Source: Mobula hypostoma (lineage: Eukaryota). From it: a stretch of 64,000 nt of DNA. Position numbers and translations under genes: made by a program. A model generated the notes under the pieces. It saw nothing but the letters and a program-made list of their open reading frames with translations. It did not search any database and was not told where the DNA came from. The stretch is from positions 19,470,001 to 19,534,000 of the forward strand of contig NC_086118.1 of the NCBI RefSeq assembly GCF_963921235.1, given 5' to 3'. Below, piece after piece: positions 37,521 to 49,993 of the stretch (the stretch's first letter is position 1; every line of letters starts with the position of its first letter).

Positions 37521-38979
37521 GAACTTATTTATGAAATTCATGAATGAGTACTACAGCCAAAAATTTCAATGCACAATTTTACCATAACTCTTTTTTAAGT
37601 CACAACAGTCTTCAATAATGTCATTGACAAACTCAAGTAACATGAGAGACAAGTCAGACCTTATGCTCACTTAAAACCAACAGACACTCACTTTGCAAAA
37701 ACCATTACTGGCTGTCCATTGAATAGGAACTCGGTTGATTATTATTCTCAGAATGGCCTCAAGTCATTGAATTCATGATCATCTTTTCGTGATTTAGGAC
37801 CAGTTGGCTTGATACATTTTTTAGCATTAGAAATCTACCAGTAAACCATTTGAAAGGATATTAAAAACAGAAAAAGCCGGAAACACTTAATAGTTCAGGC
37901 AATTTGTATGGAAAGCTATAGTCAGTGTTCCAATCATTGATTTATAACCAGAGCTACAAAAAAAAAGAGATGATGTCATTTTTAAAATGTGATAAAAGTG
38001 GACAGAGGAAGAGTGAGTAAAGGGAAAGGCTGTAATAAGGTGCAGTGTCAGAGGGATTAAGTAACAAAAGAGATCATGGATAATTAGCCAACAAAAGTGG
38101 ATGATAATGGGACATGTATGGAAATTAAAATTAAAGATGCATATAGAGGCAGTGTAAATGAGTTCAGCAGAATCATTATCTAAAATTGTTGAACTTAACA
38201 TCAAGTGTAGAAGCCCATAATGTGTGTAATCAGAACACTCACTAATTTAAAATGCAGGATACAAACATTTGTGGACAAATACTTAATTGAATTAGATTTA
38301 GTCTAAAGTGTTCAATTCTCCACAGTGAAACTGGTTCTAATCCATATTGGAAGCTGATTTAAACTAAATGTTACTTGTTTATCTCGACTGTAAAGGTAAT
38401 GCTGTTTATCCCCTTTTCTCATAATTAGTAGGAAATCAGGTTTTACAACTCTTTGCCCTCTATAAGTGGAAAATTGCCAGATTATATAAAATATTCATGT
38501 TCAGGATTGCACACAGACATAACATTAGCCAGCAGTAAACAATGATTTGGTATTAAATTGAAAATGGATTGCTTCAAATTTCTTATAAACTAGTAATCCA
38601 ACCTGGGATTCAGGAAACATCAAGTGCAGCATCTGTAAGATTAGAATACTTTACAATGGCCTGGAACATCTGAGGTCACACCAGTATTAATGCATTTCCC
38701 CAAGGAAGATTTTATTTCAATGCTGGTATGGATGTTTCTCAGCTACTCCATTTCAGAAATGCTATAATATGGTGCAGTCATACGTTGGCATTCACAGCTT
38801 TATATCAGAATAACTTCAAATGTTCTTTCACATAATCAAAATATGATCAAAATATCTGAAGGGTTTCTACATGGGTTCTAGCCCTTCAAGTATGCGGTGA
38901 CATAAGGATTTGCAGCCATTGCACCAAGCTTCATTGGTTCCCGTAATCCTGGTCCTTAGTATGTGTCAATCCACAGTAT

Positions 38980-39280
38980 CCACAGAGTTGTACAGTACAG
39001 AGATCAGCCCTTCAACTGTCTGAATCTGTTCTGGCCATCAACCACCTATTCACACTGTTCCCACATTAATCCCATTTTATTATTCACTCCACAATCCGAT
39101 TAAATCCCCATCCTCCAGTTTGCAGCATTCTCCTGCACACAAGTGACCAATCCACCTACCAACCCTTTGGGATGTAGAAGGAAACCAGAGTAACCAGAGG
39201 AAACACACACACACTCACAAGGTGAAAATAGAAACTCCACTCGGACACTATTCAAGGTCAGGATCGAACCAGGGTTGCTG
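38980..39280 (-). mobile_element. V-SINE (tRNA head, V domain, CR1-like tail)
   Basis: Minus strand TTTCCTCTGGTTACTCTGGTTTCCTTCTACATCCCAAA (V domain) and B-box-like GGTTCGATCC. Confidence 0.75.
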
Positions 39281-39284
39281 CTTT

Positions 39285-40050
39285 GCCATCTTATTTCTCG
39301 AGAACCTCTATGCACTGGAAGGTATGCTTTGGGGCAGTGGGTACATAACTGAATCTTCCAATGGCTGTTGAAGTTCCTGTTCACAGGGCTTGTCGAATAA
39401 AGTGTCCTGTATTAGGCATCTGCTCAGGATGAAACTCGGTGAAGTCACTGCATCACTTTCCAGACCCTCTCATTAAATTCACATTCCATAATGTGATAGA
39501 TAGTGGTCGTGCCCCACCAGGGCTGTTTCAAACTACACTAAAACTACAACTAGGCACAGAAGATTTGACAGGGAAAGTCTATCTCATTACCAGCTAAGAA
39601 TGGTCCTGAGGCTTATTTGAAGATCCTGGTGACAAGGTATTCAGCTGAGTGATTTCAATAATGTGCCCAAAGAACCATCCAACAGGGACCATTGTCTGAC
39701 TGGTATTTGGTCAAAGGTGATCTTCTGCACAAACTTTCTACACAGGACAGGTGGAACAGCATAATACATTCCACAGCAGTTCGGACAGATGCATCCGTTA
39801 CAATACAGGGGAAGATAGAACCTCAGAACCTGGTAACACCTGATGGCTGCATTCCCAACATCTATTGACAGTTTGTTCCACTTATATTCAGTGATAACTA
39901 TCAGGAGGAGGGGTACACTGGGCATATTTTCTAACCAACCTCCTATCTCTAGAGGTACCAGTATTTCTGTGGACACAATTTATTTTGGATCTCCAGGAAG
40001 AGTAACTTCTGAGCACAGGACTAGGTTATGGGAACAGCTCCCACATCTTT
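39285..40050 (-). mobile_element. Tx1-clade LINE ORF2 fragment (old)
   Basis: CYQVLRFYL...KFVQKITFD...VRQWS resembles the post-RT region of fish/shark Tx1 elements. Confidence 0.6.
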
Positions 40051-40929
40051 CATTATTGCTGCAAATGTTCTTTAAGTAGGAAAACATTCCTGTGTCGGAA
40101 TAACAGCCACTCACATTGTGGTATGCTCCTTTAAGAGCTGGCTGCCAAGATCACAGTTGCAAGATTTAGTACTGGAAGCTGTAAGTTCAACAAAGGAGCA
40201 TGCACTGAAACTAGCATGGCTTGCTGTTACACAAGAAAAAACGACAATGCTATGCTGGGATTCTCACCACTGAAAATCAATTTTTTTTTTAATTTTATAA
40301 GGTTGCATGTAACATATGACTCTGTTTTAATGATATTAAAATGCAGTAAAGCAAGCTTGAGGCTGGGGCCTAGAAATGCAGGTGTTATAAGAAGATGGAA
40401 GCTGAAAGATATGTTTTCATACAGATAGTTACTCAGACATGGCAAACTTTATCACAGATGCTTGATAATGTAGAAACTAAAGAAACATTAGAAAGTCTTT
40501 GAAAATAGTATGTAGAGGATATGAGAAAAGTGCATGGAGATGCAACTAAAGTAGGTGTTCCCATTTGAAAGGTCTGCAGTGGCCTTTTTCAATATTGTAA
40601 ATGTTATGATTCCATACACCTTTCATTAAGTGAAAAGTACAAATTCCCTGTACTGTGAAATCCATGAGTGATATTAAAATGCTCCTCACATTCAGTGATA
40701 AAAGTGTGAGATGATGAAATGTCAAATTAAAATCCAATGTTTGGTTTAACATTAGTTAAAAGAACTGTTAAGCTGTACAACAGGTTGTTGTGAAAAAAAA
40801 GATCATGTTCAACTGCTGTCAGCGTACTCCATCTAATCTTTGATTCATATTGAATTATTCTTTTCTGTGCTGTCTTGGCTCAGTTGAAAACAATTAGCAC
40901 TGAATTAGAAAGTTAAAGGACTAGGTCTC

Positions 40930-43900
40930 TTTCTTTCTTTTTAAATCTTTTTATTGAGTAAGTATACAAAAAAGGTAAGCCATATAAACATTAATACAAT
41001 GTTAAAGTACAATAAAATTCCAAAAGATAACAATACCAAAAAGAAAATACTACAAACAATGTAATTTAAGCATAAGAAACCAAGATAACATAATAGTATA
41101 CTAGATTTTATATATATCAATGGAAAAAAAAAAGAAAAAAAAACCCCCCAAAAAAAAACCCACCGTGCAACTACCTAAAAGCAAAGCAAAGCAATGGGCT
41201 AACTTGAAACCAAACAGAGTTAAACTTAAAATCACGTCCTCAATCCCGACCTCCATTAAAACAGTGAAAAAAAAACAAGAAGGGTAAATATTACATTAAA
41301 TGAAAATATCGAATAAAAGGTCCCCAAATCTGTTCAAATTTAAATGAAGAATCATAAAGGTTACTTCTAATTTTCTCCAGATTCAAACATAAAATCGTCT
41401 GAGAAAACCAAAAAAAGGTAGTTGGAGCATTAAGCTCTTTCCAATGTTGTAAAATACATCTTTTCGCCATTAAAGTAAGAAATGCAATCATTCTACGGGC
41501 TGAAGGGGAAAGATTACTAGAAATTTTAGGTAATCCAAAGATAGCAGTAATAGGGTGAGGAGAGATATCTATATTTAATACCTTAGAAATAATATTGAAA
41601 ATATCTCTCCAAAAAGTTTCCAAAGTAGGGCAAGACCAAAACATATGAGTTAAAGAGGCTATCTGCCCCGAACATCTATCACAGAAAGGATTAATATGCG
41701 AGTAAAAACGCGCTAACTTATCTTTGGACATAAGTGCTCTATGAACCACTTTAAATTGAATTAGGGAATGTTTAGCACAAATAGAGGAAGTATTAACTAA
41801 TTGTAAAATCTGCCCCCAATCATCCACAGAAATGGTAAGCCCCAATTCCTGTTCCCAATCTACCCTAATCTTATCAAATGGAGCTTTCCTAAGTTTCATA
41901 ATAATATTATAAATCATAGCCGATGCACCTTTCTGACATGGATTAAGGTTAATTATCGAATCTAAAATATATATAGGAGGAAGCATTGGAAAGGAAGAAA
42001 GTATAGTACTTAGGAAATTTCTAACTTGTAAATATCTAAAAAAATGTATTCTTGATAAGTTATATTTATTAGATAATTGTTCAAAAGACATAAGGGAACC
42101 ATCTAAAAATAAATCCAAAAACCGTAAAATACCCTTAGTCTTCCAAGTTTGAAAAGCGCGATCCGTAAAAGAGGGAGGAAAAAATATGTTACCTAAAATA
42201 GGAATCGCTAACCCGAATTGATTAAGATCAAAAAATTTTCTGAATTGAAACCAAATGCGCAAAGCATATTTAACTATCGGGTTAGAGACCTGCTTAAGGC
42301 GTTTCGAATCAAAAGGAAGAGAGGAACCTAAAATAGAACCAAGTGTATAACCCTGAACAGATTGTAATTCCAATGCTACCCATTTAGGAATAGATAGTAT
42401 GTCCCGGTCAAGTAACCAAAATTTCATATGTCGAATATTAATAGCCCAATAATAAAATCTAAAGTTAGGTAATGCTAAACCTCCATCTCTCTTAGCTTTC
42501 TGTAAATGTATTTTACCCAGTCTCGGATTCTTATTCTGCCAAATAAATGAAGAAATTTTAGAGTCAACTTTATCAAAAAAAGATTTAGGAACGAAAATTG
42601 GTAATGCCTGAAACACATATAAAAATTTTGGCAAAAAAAACATCTTAACTGCATTAATACGACCAATCAAAGTTAAATATAAGGGAAACCATTTAGATGA
42701 AAGTTGAGTAATATGGTCTATTAATGGTAAAAAGTTAGTCTTAAATAAATCTTTATGTTTACAAGTAATTTTAATCCCAAGATATGAAAAGTAATTATTA
42801 ATCAATTTAAATGGAAATTTATAATATAAGGGAAGATGTTTATTAATCGGAAAAAGTTCACTCTTACTAAGATTTAATTTATAACCTGAGAAAAGACCAA
42901 ATTGTGCTAATAACTCTAAAACAGCAGGAATGGATCTCTCAGGATTAGAAATATATAAAAGTAAATCATCAGCATAGAGTGATAATTTATGGGACTTTAA
43001 TCCCCGAGTTATCCCAGTAATATTTGAAGATTCTCGAATAGCAATTGCAAGAGGTTCTAATGCAATATCAAATAATAGGGGACTAAGAGGACAGCCTTGT
43101 CGAGTACCACGAAAGAGAGGAAAAAAAGGTGAGTTTAAGGAGTTAGTACGAACCGAGGCTACAGGGGAGTGATATAACAGTTTAATCCAGGATATAAATT
43201 TCAAGCTAAAATTAAACATTTCAAGCACCTTAAATAAATAAGGCCATTCTACTCTATCAAAAGCTTTCTCGGCATCTAAAGAAATAACACACTCAGGAAC
43301 ATTTTGTGAGGGAGTATAAACGATATTTAACAATGTACGAATATTATAAAAAGAGTAACGACCTTTAATAAAACCCGTTTGGTCTTCCGAAATAATAGAA
43401 GGAAGTACTTTTTCTAGTCTATTTGCTAATAACTTGGAAAAAACTTTAGAATCAACATTTAATAAAGATATTGGTCTATAAGATGCACATTGAGCAGGGT
43501 CTTTATCCTTCTTTAGTATTAAAGAAATTGATGCTCTATTAAAAGATTCCGGAAGTTTACCAAGTTTCAAAGAAGCCTCAAAAACCTTATAGAGCCAAGG
43601 AATCAATAAAGAAGCAAAACATTTATAAAATTCAACGGTAAACCCATCAGGGCCAGGAGCTTTCCCCAGATTCATAGAAAAAATAACATTCTTAATCTCA
43701 TCCATTGTAATGGAAGTATCTAATAAAGAAGACATATCCTGTGAAATCTGAGGGAAGTCTAACTTATCTAAAAAATCATTCATATATTTAGAATCTCGAG
43801 GAGACTCTGATTGATATAAAGAAGAATAAAAATCACAAAAGGTTTGATTAATCCCCACATGATCCAATATCAATCGATCATTTTGGTTATAAATCTGATT

Positions 43901-44208
43901 GATTTGAGATTTAACATAATTAGATTTCAATTGATTAGCCAGCAGCTTGCCAATTTTATCACTGTGAACATAAAAATCACTTCTTGTTTTCTTTAATTGG
44001 TTTACAATCGAGGACGAGAGTAGTAAACTGTGTTCCATTTGAAGTTCAGTTCTTTGTTTGTATAGCTCCTCAGAAGGAGCCATAACATATTTCTTATCAA
44101 TTTCTTTAATCTTGTCCACAATTGCCATCTCCTCCTGCTTCTGTTTCTTCCTCAAAGCAACGGAATACGAAATAATCTGACCCCGAATATAGGCTTTAAA
44201 AGTGTCCC
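40930..44208 (-). mobile_element. 5'-truncated young L1 with 15-bp TSD
   Basis: TSD AAAGGACTAGGTCTC at 40915-40929 and 44209-44223. AATAAA plus (AAAG)n tail. Same family as 20759-27400. Confidence 0.97.
41291..44155 (-). CDS. L1 ORF2 lacking the endonuclease (RT + CCHC), uninterrupted 954 codons; probably not expressed
   Basis: KAPGPDG, YRPISLLN, LDAEKAFDRV, RGTRQGCPLSP, LYADD, YLGI, CDRC..HMFWSC. The frame stays open up to the truncation point. Confidence 0.9.
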   Translation of the reverse strand: MRKKQKQEEMAIVDKIKEIDKKYVMAPSEELYKQRTELQMEHSLLLSSSIVNQLKKTRSDFYVHSDKIGKLLANQLKSNYVKSQINQIYNQNDRLILDHVGINQTFCDFYSSLYQSESPRDSKYMNDFLDKLDFPQISQDMSSLLDTSITMDEIKNVIFSMNLGKAPGPDGFTVEFYKCFASLLIPWLYKVFEASLKLGKLPESFNRASISLILKKDKDPAQCASYRPISLLNVDSKVFSKLLANRLEKVLPSIISEDQTGFIKGRYSFYNIRTLLNIVYTPSQNVPECVISLDAEKAFDRVEWPYLFKVLEMFNFSLKFISWIKLLYHSPVASVRTNSLNSPFFPLFRGTRQGCPLSPLLFDIALEPLAIAIRESSNITGITRGLKSHKLSLYADDLLLYISNPERSIPAVLELLAQFGLFSGYKLNLSKSELFPINKHLPLYYKFPFKLINNYFSYLGIKITCKHKDLFKTNFLPLIDHITQLSSKWFPLYLTLIGRINAVKMFFLPKFLYVFQALPIFVPKSFFDKVDSKISSFIWQNKNPRLGKIHLQKAKRDGGLALPNFRFYYWAINIRHMKFWLLDRDILSIPKWVALELQSVQGYTLGSILGSSLPFDSKRLKQVSNPIVKYALRIWFQFRKFFDLNQFGLAIPILGNIFFPPSFTDRAFQTWKTKGILRFLDLFLDGSLMSFEQLSNKYNLSRIHFFRYLQVRNFLSTILSSFPMLPPIYILDSIINLNPCQKGASAMIYNIIMKLRKAPFDKIRVDWEQELGLTISVDDWGQILQLVNTSSICAKHSLIQFKVVHRALMSKDKLARFYSHINPFCDRCSGQIASLTHMFWSCPTLETFWRDIFNIISKVLNIDISPHPITAIFGLPKISSNLSPSARRMIAFLTLMAKRCILQHWKELNAPTTFFWFSQTILCLNLEKIRSNLYDSSFKFEQIWGPFIRYFHLM

Positions 44209-45929
44209 AAAGGACTAGGTCTCATTAGGAATCAGAATACATCAGCTAGGGAAATCAGAACTAAGAAAAAGCTTTGTTGTTGGAGTATTCTTTCAAATGA
44301 GACATTTAACCATGACACGTGAAGGATCCGATTGAGGCCTCTGTTCTTGTCCTGTTGAATCATCTGAAATATTCTCTTGATGTTCCACTTTCAGTCCAGC
44401 CTTAATTCACATCCTAAAAACAAATATAAAACCAATGGACTTCAGATGCTGGCAACCTGAAATAAAAACAGAAAATGCTGGACAGACTCAGAAAGGCAGT
44501 CAACATCTGTGGAAGGAGAAACAAAATTAAGATTTCGAGTCAATGGTTGTCCACCAGGAAGAAGGAAAAACAAATGCTGTTTAAATGACCATGTCGTGAA
44601 ACACCCCTGTTCTACTACGGAATAGAAGTGTTCTGATACATGGTCATTCAGTCTCTGTTGAAGTGGCAGACACTTGTGGATTGAACAGAGTGACAGGTCA
44701 CCTGACCTGAATTGGCCAGTTCTGCCCTCAGGTGATCCAGTTGTAATAGTAACTCCATTTTTTTTACTGTCTCCATAGGCATTGCAAAGTCCACTGGGCA
44801 CTTCTTTGGCTTTAAATTTCAACAATGCTCTAATATTCCACAGCTTCAGTATGCCTTCGAGTTTGGTTTCTCTCTTTCTAAATGCCCTCATTAATCTGTT
44901 ACCCAGATGATTTTATACGGAGTGGAATTATTAGCATCACTTTATGAGAGGTTTTCTCTTTTTCCCACACATTGCTCCTTGCCCTTTGCAACTAAACAAC
45001 AATTTCTTTTCTCACTTCACAGGCTCAAATAAAGGGCCTTCAGCTTGAAATATCAACTTGGTCACTCTGTGCGCAAATGTGGTGTATTCGCAGAACTTAC
45101 CTCCTAATTACTTGCTCATTTGCCATTAGTAGAAATTCACCAGTTAGCTGACTATTTGCCCGCAGATCAAATATCATTGCACTTGAGAATTATAAGGGTA
45201 TACATGGCACCACATACAATAACCTAATACCAGAAAAATAAATTGTGCAGTCTGCTGTATCAGTGTGCCTCATGATCAATTGCTTTGAAAAGTAAGTTGT
45301 TAAGTTCGTTGACTTCCTCCACAGAGTGCAATACCTGTAATTATTGTTCTGGTTTCTTTCATGTAACTCACAAAGGACTCCAGATGTCTGCACTGATATT
45401 CAACAATATGCAGCACACTTCCACGTCCGTTAATTTTTGTTGTAATGTCCTGATCATCCATAGGGCACTTGAACGCAAGAAAGCTTCCGTCATGTTTGTG
45501 AGCACTTTCTGTGCTGTTTAAAGAAGACTATGATCAGCAGGTCTAAGGCCAGTTATGGAACATTTTTCTGGAAGGTCTCTTTAAGTTATTTACATATTGG
45601 CGCTCCCTTGGCTATCCTATCCATTCCCAATGCTCACAGCTTTCATCTGACTCGATCTTCACTGCTCTGAACATCCAGCTAGAAGCTCATAATCTCACTA
45701 GACACCTAAACCCTTTCACTAGCTGCTCACTTGACAAGATGTCCTCATCTTATCCACACCTGACCATTGATCACCTTTCTCTCACTCCTTTCCAATTTAG
45801 CAGTTTTGGGTTTCCATGGTACTGCAACTTTGATGTACTTCTGGATCACGTGCTGAGTACTAGGTTTTAAATAGAGTAATGCTTTAAAAGACAGTGAGAA
45901 AAACAGGACTTTGTATATAGATGACATGG

Positions 45930-46470
45930 GACTCTGGACGGCTGGTGTTTACAGGATTCCCATGATTGAGGAGCAGTGAATATCGTCCAGATGGGGAGCA
46001 CGGTGGAAATGCACATCAAGGAGCACAGGGGCTGTCTCCATTTGGGTTACCTGGGGAAATCAGCAGTAGCAGAGCATTGCATTCACAATGCCATAGGATT
46101 GACTTCAACAATACAAAGCTACTGTGCTATGCCAATGGCTTTTGGGATCACCTGGTAAAGGAAGCCATTGAAATAAGACTAGAGGCAAAGAATTTCAACG
46201 AAGATGAAGGTCTCACTCTAAGTAAGAACTGGAATTCAGTTGTAAACAAGGTAGGAGAGTGGATATTTGATTGGATGAGGACTAACCAATCAGGAGGGAT
46301 GGAACACAAGGGTATAAATACCACCAGATTAGAGATGCCTGGGCATCATCCCTGAAGAACATGGCTCAGTTTGTCAGCGAAATGTCGGTTATAATCGATA
46401 TCTATACCTGGCATGAAGCCCGAGAAGAGTTTATTCGTCATATATGCCGGGAAAGCACTACAACCTTTTT
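45930..46470 (+). mobile_element. Second-family Penelope-like 3' fragment with a decayed hammerhead
   Basis: KEH...KSAVAEHC..., KEAIEI...NFNEDEG GIY-YIG C-terminus. CUGAAGA (46352)...GAAAUGUC (46379). Confidence 0.8.
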
Positions 46471-46966
46471 CATGACTTTATATTAATGACTGAAAATATA
46501 TATTCAAAGAAAACACAGCTAGATTGCAGTGCTGATCTGATAAAAATGATAAGGCACATTTAACAACTTTCAAAGTGTGGCTTTTTTCAACGATACCAAA
46601 TATTTTGTAATTACATTGAACTGTGGTTCCTTAGGAAGAGATAGCATAGACAGGAACGGAAAATGAAACAACCACAATAGAAGATGCCAGCCTGCTGGAG
46701 CTATTCACAATCGGGCAGACAGTACCCCTTTGTTGAAGAAGATGATTGAATCAACTTACAAGCCATCCCCAAGTAACAAATGAGTTCCATTTTTCACAGA
46801 TGCCCATAAGTTCATTTTGTCCATGATGCAGAAAATACATAAAATCGCTCATTATGATAACCATACCTCCACCATATTGTAATGAATGGTATCAAAGGCA
46901 CATAAAGATCCATAAGAAAGAACGATTACTAAAAGTGGAGAGAGAAAAGGCATTAGTTCTGCCATT

Positions 46967-48140
46967 CATAGTCATAGTCATAGTCATACTTCATTGATCC
47001 CGGGGGAAATTGGTTTTTGTTACAGTTGCACCATAAATAATAAATTGTAATAGAACCATAAATAGTTAAATAGTAATATGTAAATTATGCCAGTAAATTA
47101 TGAAATAAGTCCAGGACCAGCCTATCGGCACAGGGTGTCTAACCCTCCAAGGGAGGAGTTGTAAAGTTTGATGGCCACAGGCAGGAATGACTTCCTATGA
47201 CGCTCTGTGCTGCATTTTGGAGGAATGAGTCTCTGGCTGAATGTACTCCTGTGACCACCCAGTACATTATGTAGTGGATGGGAGACATTGACCAAGATGG
47301 CATGCAACTTAGACAGCATCCTCTTTTCAGACGCCACCGTCAGAGAGTCCAGTTCCATCCCCACAACATCACTGGCCTTACGAATGAGTTTGTTGATTCT
47401 GTTGGTGTCTGCTACCCCTCAGCCTGCCGTCTCAGCACACAACAACAAACATGATAGCACTGGCCACCACAGACTCGTAGAACATCCTCAGCATCGTCTG
47501 GCAGATGTTAAAGGACCTTAGTCTCCTCAGGAAATAGAGACGGCTCTGACCCTTCTTGTAGACAGCCTCAGTGTTCTTAGACCAGTCCAGTTTATTGTCA
47601 ATTCATATCCCCAGGTGTCTGTAATCCTCCACCATGTCCACACTGACCCCCTGGATGGAAACAGGGGTCACCGGTACCTTAGCTCTCCTCAGGTCTACCA
47701 CCAGCTCCTTAGTCTTTTTCACATTAAACTGCAGATAATTCTGCTCACACCATGTGACAAAGTTTCCTACCGTAGCCCTGTACTCAGCCTCATCTCCCTT
47801 GCTGATACATCCAACTATGGCAGAGTCATCAGAAAACTTCTGAAGATGACAAGACTCTGTGCAGTAGTTGAAGTCCAAAGTGTAAATGATGAAGAGAAGG
47901 GAGACAAGACAGTCCCCTGTGGAGCCCCAGTGCTGCTGATCACTCTGTTGGACACACAGTGTTGCAAGCACACGTACTGTGGTCTGCCAGTCAGGTAGTC
48001 AAGAATCCATGATACCAGGGAAGCATCCACCTGCATCGCTGTCAGCTTCTCCCCCAGCAGAGCAAGGCGGATGGTGTTGAACGCACTGGAGAAGTCAAAA
48101 AACATGACCCTCACAGTGCTCGCTGGCTTGTCCTGATAGG
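46967..48140 (-). mobile_element. Rex1/Babar LINE 3' part (RT)
   Basis: RVMFFDFSSAFNTI, STGAPQGTVLSPF, QKFSDD, KTKELVVD. (CATAGT)n tail on +. Confidence 0.9.
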
Positions 48141-48519
48141 ACTGATCGTTTGTACATACAGACTTTTGAATGTAATAATATTATGGGACCTCATCTGTAT
48201 GTAACAGTGTCTGTAAATTGGTCTTTTGAAAGTTGGGAACTGAAGTAAACACATTTCAGCTCATCATTTGTGAGATAAATTCTGTGGATGTAATAAATAA
48301 TGATGTTTTCCTGTGGGAATGAATTTCTAAGCCTCTGTGTTTCAGAGCTATCTCAATTCATTTTGAGGCAGTAAGGAGCATTGGACTAACATGATATAAT
48401 TACATTTTCTTTGTTTCCAATCGCGCGGAAACACGTCTTTCAACTGTTTGAATCTGGTGGTTATGACGTCTGCGGTACATAACACCCTCCCTGATAGCAA
48501 TGGGACAAACAGCCATGCG

Positions 48520-49670
48520 TAGCGTGGCTGGGATCCTAATTGATGTTACTGGCCATTTTCTGGCATCTTTCTGAATATATGTCCTTGATAGTGGGTGGAG
48601 ACTTGTCCCAGTGATGGATTGGACAGTTGTAGCTACCCATTACAGAGCAATCCTGTCCGCCACTGTGAAGTTTCCATATCATGCAGCAATGCAGCTTGCT
48701 CGAATGCTCTCTACTTCACATCTGTGGAATGACATCAGTGTAGACTGTCACCAGGTTCGGAAAAGGCCCATGTGCGGAGTGAGAGACACTGAAGGTGTTG
48801 GTGAGCTTCGCTGGTTGTGTAGAATGTGTTCTGGGACTATGAACGGTTGTGCAAGATGTGCACTCCCAGGAGTTTGAAACTGCTCACAGTTTCCACAGTT
48901 GTAATGCTGATGTAAAGAGGGGAGTGAATGGTGCTAGTTCTCCTGAAGACAATTACCATCTCCTTTGTCTTGTTGACATTGTGGAAGAAGTCATTTGCCT
49001 GGCACCAGGCCTTCATCTCTTCTACCTCCTCTCTGTAGGCCATCTCATCCTTGTTGGTGATGACCCCTCCCCCCACAAATGTTGTATCATCAGTGAACTT
49101 GACAATGTGATTACTCGGGCAGTCACGTGTGATCAGAGTGTACAGCAATGGGTTCAGCATGCAGCCCTGGGGGCACCCGTGTTGATGTTGATGGGGAGGG
49201 AGATGCGGTTGTGCATCCCGACTATCTGAGGTCTGCTGATTGAGAAATCCAACACCCAGTTCCACGGTGGAGGCTGAGGAATAGGAGTTTATTCACCAAG
49301 GTCTGTGGGACAATAATGTTGAGTGCTGAACTGAATCCAGAAACAGCATTCTGACACAAGTGTCCTTGTTTTCTAAGTGTGTCGGAGCCAAGTGCATGAC
49401 AGACGCTACGACATCTGTCCTAGAGCAGTTCTGTTGGTAAGCATATTGCTGAGTGCCCAATGTGGCAGGAATGGAGTTTTTGATATGTGCCATTACCAGC
49501 TGTTCAAAGCACTTCATGATGATTGGCGTCAATGCCACCAGGCATTAGACGTTTAGGTCTGAAGTTGTAGATGTCTTTCATACAGGGACAATGGTGCCTG
49601 ATTGCAGCATGTAGGGACAGCAGCCTGAAATAATGAAGTGTTGAATATCCATTGTCATATACCATTCAGC
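48520..49670 (-). mobile_element. Older Rex1-type RT fragment
   Basis: ALTPIIMKCFEQLV, PQGCMLNPLLY, VKFTDD, KTKEMVI. Confidence 0.85.
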
Positions 49671-49741
49671 TAGGTCTTCTAATATACAGAAGCAAGCTAC
49701 AATAAATTTAGCGTTTTATTATTATTTATGCGTTTATTATT

Positions 49742-49993
49742 TTACTTGCAATGGGAGGTATACTTCCAGCCAAGTTTCAACCAAAGCACTTTTATACTTT
49801 TTTTTACGAGAACAGTAACTATGTTGCTCCATTCCATAATATTATATTCATCTGTTATCTTCATCTGTATCTCATTCTCCCATTTGATCTTTGGAAGCTC
49901 CATCGTTTCCCCATTGTCAAGACATACCCTCCGGCCATAAAACAAATTGCCTATCATAAAAGAAAATAGTTTCCTCCCATATAACACAAACAC
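49742..49993 (-). mobile_element. Possible ancient L1 ORF2 C-terminal remnant
   Basis: KIKWENEIQMKITDE resembles L1 KIRVDWEQELGLTIS. Confidence 0.3.

Noticed and set aside
41291..44155. Host or domesticated RT gene
   Set aside because: It is bounded by a TSD and an L1 tail, is 5'-truncated without promoter or endonuclease, and the listed start is TTG. Youth explains the open frame.
40870..44330. DeuSINE-like remnants flanking the L1 (also ~11270 and ~31800)
   Set aside because: Similarity is too decayed to delimit by eye; it needs a Dfam HMM scan.
45258..45340. Possible minus-strand terminal exon (VLHSVEEVNELNNLLFKAIDHEAH*)
   Set aside because: No polypyrimidine tract before the AG, no recognisable homology and no partner exons.
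48420..48480. Small CpG cluster with CRE/ETS-like motifs
   Set aside because: Too short for a CpG island, adjacent to repeat sequence, and no associated gene is seen.
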